A stretch of DNA of 57,146 nucleotides, filler included, from Bipalium vagum (taxonomy: Eukaryota), in assembly GCA_037834085.1 (NCBI GenBank). It is 3 parts of 3 records of this genome, joined end to end, with 100 filler letters (N's around TTAATTAATTAA, not from the genome) between each part and the next. Parts side by side here need not be neighbours in the genome. Positions count along the whole stretch, not along the records: positions 39,369 to 57,146 come from JBBMKC010051867.1; 2 more parts are not named here. The stretch is one strand, 5' to 3'. The position numbers and the translations under genes are program-made. How positions within the stretch are numbered: position 1 is the stretch's first letter; each line of letters starts with the position of its first letter. Shown one piece after another: positions 48,499 to 57,146 of this stretch. The notes under the pieces were generated by a model. It did no database searches, had not been told where the DNA came from, and worked only from the letters and a program-made list of their open reading frames with translations.

Positions 48499-50318
48499 TA
48501 CTTAATTTGTAGGAGGATCTCATGCACAAATCTGATACTATAGAAAGCTTTAGCAACGGGGTTCTTAATGCTGAGATCTCCATGCCTCAGGAGGAAATGT
48601 CAATAATTGGCATTTCCCGACCTATGACCAATTCCCTAATGACTGAGTCTGTGATGAGTTCTGAAGATGGATGTAGACTAGCTTGGAAAAACAACTTACC
48701 TAGACTTGTCGGTGAATGCGACGAAGTAATGATCTTTTAATGTTTTAATCATCTCAATTTATGTCTCCGTACTAATTAAGATTCGAATAAGCCCGGTGGT
48801 GAGTCGAAAGGGTTACTTGAATCTCCTGGAAGAGAGCAAGCCGGCCAATTGGGTCCGACGATGGATTGTTGTACGCAGACCTTTTCTGTACATCTATGCA
48901 CACGAAAAAGATCCAGTTGAAAGAGGCATAATAAATCTGGCGACAGCTCAGATACAATATACGGGATCTTTGGAGCTGTTGTCTCAGTCTATCGTGGAAC
49001 CCTCAAAGGGTTTCAATGCCGGTTCTCGTCAGTCAGGATCGCGATCCAGCATAAGTGGTTCGATGTTTTCACTGGTTTTTCCTCATAGAACCTGGCTTGT
49101 CCAAACGATAAGTGACGATCCTCGAGAGGTTCACGATTGGCTCTATGCATTTAATCCTCTTTTGGCTGGTCAGATCAGGTAGAAATCGTTTTTCTGAATT
49201 TATCAAAATTATTTAATATTATTTATCCAATTATGCCATTTCGACATTTAAAAAATATTAAAAATAATAATATTTTCTCAAAAAAATTTTAAAATATTAT
49301 TATTAGGTCGTTTTTTATCTCTATATTATGAGGATAGTTTTTCAATAAAATAAAATTATTATAAATGACCTTGATCGTTTTTTGTTTTAAATTATCATTT
49401 TCATTAACTTTTATATATTAACGATTTATAAAACTAAGTTAAGTGTTTTGATTAGCTTAAAAATTTTGTGGGTATACAACATTTTGATAACGATTAGTCT
49501 CAAAATATTCGAATTTTATCTCAGAAAATACAGAGAGACATTGTGACAGGTCTTCTAAATGTTGACAATAAAAAATATGTTTCAGGTGCAACCCGTCTCT
49601 TTACAGGGTGTACATCGAGGAGGTTTGTTCCAAGTGGAAGTGTACTTCAAGAACAATAGACTAATTAAATGTAAACATTGGTAAGGCAGCCGATTTTATA
49701 AATCAGAATGATTGCTACGGGTTCTTATCGCATGTACGATCTTTTGTCGTAAAAGGAATACGTCTGGAACCATTTTAATAGAGAATGTCGTACTTTTTTA
49801 TACTTTATTTTAGTTGGTATTAAATTTAAGTTTAATGAATTTAAATTAAGATGTACACCCTGTATAATAGAAATTAAACTTTCTCCTCCTTTAAAAACAT
49901 CTTCTCTTTCAATATCAAAAATAGTCCTTTGGTGGCAGCAATATTGAATCTCATTTTTTCCAATAATGACGATTGAAACCTCGAATTACAATATTGCCTG
50001 TATCCATATTACTATAATTATAAATTCAAATAAACGCACCGACATATTTATTTAAACAAAACTTACGAATAATGTTCGACAGTAAGAAATCAATGATTAA
50101 ATCAATTTTTTAAGAATTGTTACTAAAAAATATTTATTTAGATAAAAGAAATGTAAACTGTCACAATCACGACAACTTTTGATGCAACATAATATTTTCA
50201 TCAAAACATTGACAACGACCTTTCGAATATTTTCAGATCAAAGCTGGGTCGTCGTCGACGATCGATCAAGTCAACGGACAATGACAACTCTGCCCCAGCA
50301 GAGTCTGCTGCAAATTGA
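41382..50318 (+). CDS. unc-104: kinesin-3 KIF1A/B (unc-104), C-terminal part: stalk domain and PH domain
   Basis: Phase-consistent exons 41382-41450, 41502-41783, 45430-45630, 45774-45871, 47730-47875, 47931-48169, 48221-48407, 48513-48725, 48781-49178 and 50237-50318 (TGA). Hallmark peptides [65 protein letters not shown]...VVRRP...DPVER and [18 protein letters not shown]. Possible extra exon 41276-41340 with a 41-nt intron. Confidence 0.96.
42900..43291 (-). mobile_element. mariner 5' fragment in a KIF1A intron
   Basis: TIR TTAGGTGGACCGGAAAGTAAT on the minus strand from 43291, with TA outside it. Peptide [17 protein letters not shown]...KFRSGNLD...SGRP. Confidence 0.85.
44184..44740 (+). 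mobile_element. mariner 5' fragment (cecropia-like) in a KIF1A intron
   Basis: TA|TTAGGTTGTAACATATGAATTG start. Peptide [27 protein letters not shown]...[16 protein letters not shown]. Confidence 0.88.
46440..47516 (-). mobile_element. decayed mariner-like element in a KIF1A intron
   Basis: TIR-like GGACTTTCCGGATGACCTAA followed by TA at 47497-47518. C-terminal remnant NHGSYVEY near 46505. Interior poorly readable. Confidence 0.55.
48439..48497. repeat. (AAT)n microsatellite inside KIF1A intron 48408-48512
   Basis: About 19-20 tandem units. Removing them leaves an intron of typical ~46-nt size. Confidence 0.95.
49604..49862. mobile_element. 259-bp MITE (Tc1/mariner type)
   Basis: Perfect 13-bp TIR CAGGGTGTACATC / GATGTACACCCTG with TA on both sides; lies in the last KIF1A intron. 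Confidence 0.88.
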
Positions 50319-50494
50319 TGACCCTGGTGTTTTTGCGACTCTTGCTATTATATTGATCATCATTGGCATTTCTTTTATCACTAGATAACTGGAAAGTTTT
50401 TAACCAAGAAATTAGGCATTTTTATTTCTTTCTTTAATTTTTGAATATAATCATTTTATTTCCGATTTTATTGTCTTATTTGGTATTGTACTTT

Positions 50495-50532
50495 TGTGCG
50501 TGTGTGTGTGTGCGCGTGCGTGCGTGCGTGTG
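50495..50532. repeat. (GT)n/(GCGT)n purine-pyrimidine repeat in the presumed KIF1A 3' UTR
   Basis: TGTGCGTGTGTGTGTGTGCGCGTGCGTGCGTGCGTGTG. Confidence 0.85.
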
Positions 50533-52748
50533 AGAGTGGACCTTTTCATTAGTGTCAATTGAATGTAGTCATTTGTCAATTAAAACAAGGCTCTTATTAT
50601 TTTACGATTTGTTTTAATGCTCATATTTTGGTATTTATTAATGACGACATTCAATCAAATTGTTCGTGGTAAAGTGCTCATTAAAACAACAATATTTTGG
50701 AAAAATCCGGAATTAACAAGTTCAAGTTTTTGGTAATTGTCTCACGAGAGCGGTCTTAGAGATAAATTCAGGACCAATTGAACACATGTCGAGATTGAAA
50801 TCAATTGTTTCATTATGGAAAAATCAATACAGTAATATCTGGCCAACCAATTGGTAGGTGGGAATTTAATTTGAACAAAAATGTAAACGGAAATTTAACG
50901 ACCATAGGAATCTTAAAGGGTTTTGTGACATTTCATACAATTGACAAACTGTTACAGTGGTTCAAAGTCCTTACAATACTGACCATAAAGTTTTCAGTAT
51001 ACCATTTTGATATCACACCAATACTTAGTGAGACCGAACATTAAACGTGTCCAGAAATTGTTATCAGTGACATAGTATAACTGGTAGCTGGGTGTCCTTT
51101 ATTACATTATTTATACTTTGGAATTAACCCACCATGTTATAGTTGGACTTTGAAAGTGTTACAAATATGAGTCAAAAGTCGTAAAGATTTCATTGTTTGA
51201 TCCCGGTTCAGAGAAAGGTTTCAAAAGGGGAAATTGTTTCACTAATTCGTTTTTTTTCTCTTTTGCAACAGAGAAATAGAAAAGACGAATAAAAAATAAT
51301 AATCAACACCTACACGTTTTGTTGGAATAATATTTGACATATAAAAGAGTCGAGTGACAGAAATATCGATCAAAAGTAGTGAAAAACTTTAACCGTCAAG
51401 ATAATAATTGTACTGATAAAAGACGTTACTCTTGTATTTTGTGATCCTGTAGACTGATCCAATAGAAACACCTTTTGCACCCAGGTATCATTAAATGAAT
51501 GCTGTCTTAGCCTTGCGATTTAACGTTCTATCATGACAGTTATTAAATTACCAGAAATTCGTTAGATTAATTCACATAAATATAATAATTCAATACACTG
51601 ACCATAAAATGTTTTTGAGAACAATTTGCGAATTGAAATGATTCTCAGCTGCCTTGTTATGAATAAAAGTTACCAAAACTTTGTTAGAGGACAAATGGAG
51701 AGTGCTGATATTGAGCCCAAGCTCGGTCTTATCGATTACGGCTAATAAATTTTATCAGTAACAGATGGTATTCAGTCATGATTCTTTTTGATCTCGCAAA
51801 ACATTTCTTGATATACTTGACAATCTATAAAAATCAAAACCCTTAAAGCTCTTCAAAATGTGAAAAAATCAATGTTGACAATTTGTGCTCCCTTTTTTAT
51901 TGTAAGGTACAGAGGAAAGGAATTTTATTTTCGACGAAAACAGGAAAAAGATTTTTCTCATTGAGTATATTCTCGAAAAAATAGGACAATTTTATTACGA
52001 GTTCCATAATACAAGAATTAATCGATTTCCCATTGATCGGAACCAACATTTACGAATTTCATTTTAAATATAATAAATAATAAATTTTTATATATGTTAA
52101 AAAATCTAGGTAAAATTATTTCGATGAAATATTATATGAGAATTCCTAAAAATTCAATTTATAGATCAAGTAAAAATCAATATTTAAATAAATCAAATAA
52201 AGAAAATCAATGAATAAAAAACGTAAAATTATCAATCTTCCCCAAATTGAAAATGATGAAAATTTTATTTTCTCAAATTAATGTCCCATTTAAACACAGA
52301 AATTATTTTATTAATAGAATTAATATTGATTGACTTTCACCACTGACAAAAACATCCAAATTAAATAATAGAAGACACCAACAAAAGAAAAAAAAACAAA
52401 CAAACAAAAGTACGAATGCGATTATCACCGATAAGTCAACAATAATATTAATAATGTACATTGATAATAATAATAATAATACAATCAATAATGATAGTAA
52501 TAACAATTGATAATAGTAAAATCAATAATATTATCAATAATGATAAAATAAATAATAATCGATAATAATATCAATAGTAAAAAGGAAACGCCAAAAAAAA
52601 TAAAGCTCTAATAAAACAGAACCGCACAAAAACACAGGAATACAAATGGGTTGAGAAATCACAAAGCGCGCTCGGTGGAATCGGAGAAAATCGGTGACAC
52701 CTCTTGGACCCTCCCTCTCTCTCTCTCTTGCCAACCATGCTCCCGGGA

Positions 52749-53052
52749 TCACCATGAGAATCGGATGTGTTGGATGATTTCGAATATTGCTGAAACAAAT
52801 CAAAACGGAAGTAAATCAGTCGAACAATCAATTTTCAATAAAACTTACCGGAACCACAAACAACAAACAGGATCAAAGCAATGATCCATGTGCTCACTGG
52901 GTAACCATCCTCTTTGGATTTCTGAAACACAACAGTCAGTTATAGTCACAATTCGACAAAGTACACACTAATGATTTGGGAACGTTTCCGCGATTTTGAA
53001 CGTTTTTCAGTGCTTTGTTGTTCTGGACTTTCATACGTTGTATTGGTGCCAT
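52749..53052 (-). CDS. SERP1: SERP1/RAMP4 stress-associated ER protein, complete 65 aa
   Basis: Exons 53052-52969, 52921-52849 and 52789-52749 (introns 47 and 59 nt) give MAPIQRMKVQNNKALKNVQNRGNVPKSL KSKEDGYPVSTWIIALILFVVCGS AIFEIIQHIRFSW*. This matches the RAMP4 consensus RGNV...W..AL..FVVCGSAIF.II..IR. Confidence 0.96.
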
Positions 53053-53539
53053 GATTATCAAAATATGTGGTCAATAATATCGTCAATGGTAAATAATTTT
53101 GATGCGTTTAAACAATACACATTTTATAACGGTAAATAATATTATTGCAGATTTGAATTGAAAATAAATTTTTATATTAGTATTATAATTACATAATTTT
53201 TGAATTTTGAAAATGTTTAAGAAATTGAATTACTTTTTATAAAAGTAAATTAGATTTGTATTTTATATATTATTACATAAATTAATTATTTTTATTATCT
53301 AAATATTTTACTAAGTAATTCAGTTCCTTAAATAATAATTTTTTTTCAATAATATTACTCCAGTGTTTCCTTTCAATTTTATTTCATATATTAATATCCT
53401 CTTTTTCGTATGCTCTTTTTTCGTACACTACATATTTATTTTAGCACATACTATCCAACACTTTAGATTATCATAATTTATCTTAGTTATTTTTTAGAAT
53501 GATTTATTATTATTATATTTAAATTTCTTAGTGTATTTT

Positions 53540-53760
53540 ATCTTATGGACATGTATGAAACGGAAAAGTTTCCAATATGAGTGTTGTCGATGATGAGAAT
53601 TGGACTTCAATCTGAAGCGACATTTCAATATTTGTATCTACCGATTTTGAAATAGAGAGATTTCGAACAAGATCAATGATATCTTCGTAGGCAAGTTGTT
53701 CGTAACAGTAAAGTTTACCCTGTAGTTTACCCACCTAAATGTTTATTTGTGCGGAATAAT
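53540..53760 (-). mobile_element. possible DD41D/DD37D-type transposase C-terminal remnant
   Basis: GKLQGKLY resembles LWGYLKSKVY; weak. Confidence 0.35.
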
Positions 53761-54179
53761 CAGTATGATCAGAATTCATTGTGGAGATTGTAAGTACTGT
53801 ATCTAAGCTGAACCATTTACCAAAAGAATGAAGACTGACTTAATTCAATGGAAAACCTATAGAAATTACCATTTTTCTTTATTTTAGATTTGTTCTTTCA
53901 CTTTTGAAACAAATCTTGGTCTGAAAAATGTTGCTTTATTTTGTGCAAATTGTTTTTAAAGTAACCCGACAAATTTTTTAGAATAAAATTTTATCCTGTT
54001 AGCATCTTATGAATCTACATAACGATTTGTATTCTTGTCTATCGACGCCATTTTAGTATTAGTTATATATTTCTATTTTTATAATGCATTTGTTTAAATC
54101 AGCTAAATCTATCTTGAAAGGTAATGAACATTTATTGATTTTTTTATATGGTTATATTTTAGAAATTTTTGAATTTTCA

Positions 54180-54790
54180 TCATTTCATACCGTTGGTCCA
54201 TGTAAGATCGTGCAACAATTGGGGAATTATATGTTTCTAAAGATGCATTATTTACTGCTGTCCAAATAACATGGGGAACTAAGTTTGGTAGGCAATCAAA
54301 AGTTTCAGGACATGAAGCAATCAATAATCTTATCAATCGCTTCAAGTATACTGGAATTGTGCAGGTCTTCGCAGCACTAGACGCTTAAATGAAACTGCTT
54401 CATATGAAGTTCAAGTCCAGAATGCGTTGATGGATAATTAAAATACTTCTCTTCGAGATGTTTCTTCAACTATTGATAAATCGACATCTTTTGTGCATGA
54501 ACTCGTTTGGCACACTTTCAGACCTTTTCCAGACAAAGTTTTCATTCACTAGGACTTAAAATCTGATGATTTTTGCTTGTAACTTCAGTTTTGTCATCAT
54601 ATGTTGGAAATATTAAGAAAAATGATAATTTTCTCAATCATCTTTACTTTTTGGATGAGCACATTTCTGTTAAAGTGGTCTTGTGAACAATCAAAATTTA
54701 CGCTTTCGTTGTAAAGTAAAGTCAATTTCAGATATTATTGCGAAACCGCTACATTTCACACTACAAACTCTGAGGTGGACTCTTTTTCTT
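54180..54790 (+). mobile_element. degenerate DD41D (rosa)-like transposase
   Basis: INNLINRFKYTG, FLNHLYFLDEH..SGLVNNQNLR and PLH motifs in the expected order. Confidence 0.7.
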
Positions 54791-55248
54791 TAGTGAGAAA
54801 GGAAATGTGAGCAAGAAAAATATTTTTCCGCCCTGGAAACTATAGAAAGAATCCTTACTAATGTTTAGTTCCAACAAGATTCTGCCACATGATATACAGC
54901 AAGCAGTAAAGTAAACTGTACGAATACGTAGGGTTGTACATGAAAACCTCATTGTGCCCAACCAACATTGAGTTGCGACCATTGTTTTGGTAAGTAATAT
55001 AGACACTGTCTGCTGTTAATGAGAGGATTCCTCAGCAATTATAGTGTTATTCTTAATCTTTTCAGTTAGGAGTAAAAACACTGACAGAGGTCTGAATTAA
55101 GATAATATTTTCAAGTATTTTGACCTGTCTTTGAAGGTCTTAGGAAAAAGTTTACCGATAATTATACCTAAATTAATTATCACTTTGGGAAGGGGAAATC
55201 TAATTTTCGTTTTCATTCTTCTTAAAAATTATTTATATTGATATTTTA

Positions 55249-55396
55249 NNNNNNNNNNNNNNNNNNNNNNNNNNNNNNNNNNNNNNNNNNNNNNNNNNNN
55301 NNNNNNNNNNNNNNNNNNNNNNNNNNNNNNNNNNNNNNNNNNNNNNNNNNNNNNNNNNNNNNNNNNNNNNNNNNNNNNNNNNNNNNNNNNNNNNNN
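55249..55396. other. assembly gap (N run)
   Basis: Run of N. Confidence 1.
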
Positions 55397-56232
55397 CTAA
55401 TGTCCAAGTTGCTTCTCTTACTTATCATAATTATCATAAAAATATGACAAGCAAAGAAATTATTGGTGTCAAAATAAAATTATATTTAACAGTCCTAATT
55501 TTTATTTCCCCCTCGGAATGTGTATACTTATTCTATTGGAGATTAGAGCTTGTATTTCTTCGACGTATTACAATTCATTACTTTATATAATGATAAGACT
55601 ACAAAAAGTAATAGAAATATATTTCAAATAAAATAAAAATGAAAATAGTAAAAAAGAAAATAAAAATTCGAAAATTATTAATAAAAATATAACAAAAATA
55701 ACAAATGATAATGAAGGCCTTCATTAATCAATAATAATATTAAAATATAATAAAAAAGTTTATTTGCAGTTGATGATTATAAAAACACGTGTGAAAAATT
55801 ACACCTATAGTTTGTTTGTATTTATATTGGAAATCTTCAACAATTGATTTTAAAAAATTACAAAAACGTAAAAATCAATTTAAAAATGTTAGGGTATTAG
55901 GTTAGAGAAAAAAAGTTATTATTACAAAGAAAATTTACAATAATATTAGTTGTAGTCAAAAATTCTTACATAATCAATAATATTGTAAAGTTTGGAACAA
56001 CAAATAATTATCATGTTTTCGGTTGGTACAATACTTATAGGAATTATTTTATGGTTGATGGAAGATCTTTACAGAAAATATATGTTAAAAGTTATAAAGA
56101 AAGAGATATAATATAATATAATATTTTTACGTTATAGGCATTCACTTACAAAATATTACTTATTATTACTTATTATTATTCTGAAGAAAAGTATTCAAGT
56201 GAACGTAGAGAAATTAGTGATAATATTAAACT

Positions 56233-57146
56233 TTCTGTAAGGGTGACGATGTTGAAAAGTTCATTGCGCAGTGCATAAGGTACTTCATGGTGAAAGAGAC
56301 ACCAGTGAAAAGAAGGGAAACCTTGATCTATTGTCTTTTAGACTTAGATTTAGTAGAGAAGTATGAAAGCACGGCCGGAAAAGTTAGTGTATTCGAAGGA
56401 AGATTACGATTAGCCTTTTCCAAACCAAAAGATGTGATGGGTGATTTGGAAAAGCTAAGCAAATATCGTAGAGGAGCCGATAGTGTGGAAAATTTTCTAG
56501 AGAACGTCCATAAGATGGTGGAAGATGTCTTTTCACATGAAATGACAAAGGAAAGCCTTTTGAAAAAAGCGCTAATGAGATGTATAAACGATCCAGAAAT
56601 TGAGAAGGAGATCAAACTGAGAAAGTTAGGAAGTATTGAAGAAATGGGAGAGCTAATCAAATTAATGGATGGAATTCGACAGAAACAGTCTGATCATGTC
56701 AATACCATCAGGACCTACAGGGACGTAACGAGGAACGGTAGATATCAAAACATACGGAGACAGGAAGCAGGATATAAGATTAGACCTGTTGTAGAGCAAG
56801 TCAGACCAGAATCACGTGCAATTGTAGACCGTTTGCAAGAACTGCAAACGATTGCCCAACAAGAAGAAAAATAGAATGTTGGACGTGTAAAAAAGTTGGA
56901 CATATAAGACAAGACTGTCCCGAGGAGAGAATTTCTACATGTTTTGGATGCGGAAAAGCAGGACACATACGTCGAAATTGTACAGTTTACAAATGTCAAA
57001 GGTGTGGAAGAAATGTTCACCAAGCCTCGGAGTGCTACAAAAATCTGAATAGAGGTCAGAGAAGAAACGGGAATTTTTACGAAGGTAATCAGGAGATGAA
57101 TAGAAGTAAAAGAATTAATGTGGTTAGTGAAAATATTGATGTGATA
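56233..57146 (+). mobile_element. gag: LTR retrotransposon (Ty3/gypsy-type) gag, frameshifted, running off the window
   Basis: Frame open from GDDVEKFIAQCIRYF (56233) through ORF 56287-56874. The -1 frame from ~56877 encodes three knuckles: CWTCKKVGHIRQDC, CFGCGKAGHIRRNC and CQRCGRNVHQASEC. Confidence 0.85.

Noticed and set aside
48440-48500. Poly-Asn tract in ORF 48204-48512
   Set aside because: It lies in the 48408-48512 intron and is followed by the acceptor TAG; it is a microsatellite.
50700-51900. Moderately GC-richer stretch with short ORFs between KIF1A and SERP1
   Set aside because: No consistent exon chain or motif; probably UTR plus decayed transposon.
52303-52884. Hydrophobic or overlapping ORFs in the track
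   Set aside because: Explained by SERP1 exons and its low-complexity 3' UTR.
1-57146. CRISPR arrays, rRNA, tRNA, prokaryotic operons or defence systems
   Set aside because: None seen; the window is intron-containing eukaryotic DNA with no regularly spaced repeat-spacer structure.

Overview
Very AT-rich eukaryotic draft-assembly DNA with four N-gaps. The host is probably an invertebrate, and a flatworm is my best guess (inference from the KIF1A sequence style, 41-59 nt introns and dense mariner content). Reading across introns gives five host genes, most invisible in the ORF track. (1) A 396-aa single-coding-exon ORF (325-1515, +) that appears to be built from two divergent copies of the spartin/SPG20 central domain, with no MIT or senescence domain. 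(2) A multi-exon glypican (minus, 5238 to at least 17569, candidate 5' exons to about 25170) with conserved Cys6-Cys14, one EGSG glycosaminoglycan site and a GPI-signal terminal exon. (3) An unidentified, largely low-complexity protein gene (minus, about 25460-34788). (4) The 3' part of KIF1A/unc-104 (plus, 41382-50318, stalk and PH domain); no motor or FHA exons were found in the window. (5) A complete 65-aa SERP1/RAMP4 (minus, 52749-53052). The rest is a graveyard of more than 20 IS630-Tc1-mariner elements from several lineages (Mos1-like, Himar1-like, cecropia/mellifera-like, Tc1, DD41D-like, DD39D-like), plus short TIR-bounded deletion derivatives, a Penelope-like RT fragment and a gypsy-type gag at the right edge. 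All homologies were recognised by eye from remembered family motifs; no searches were run.
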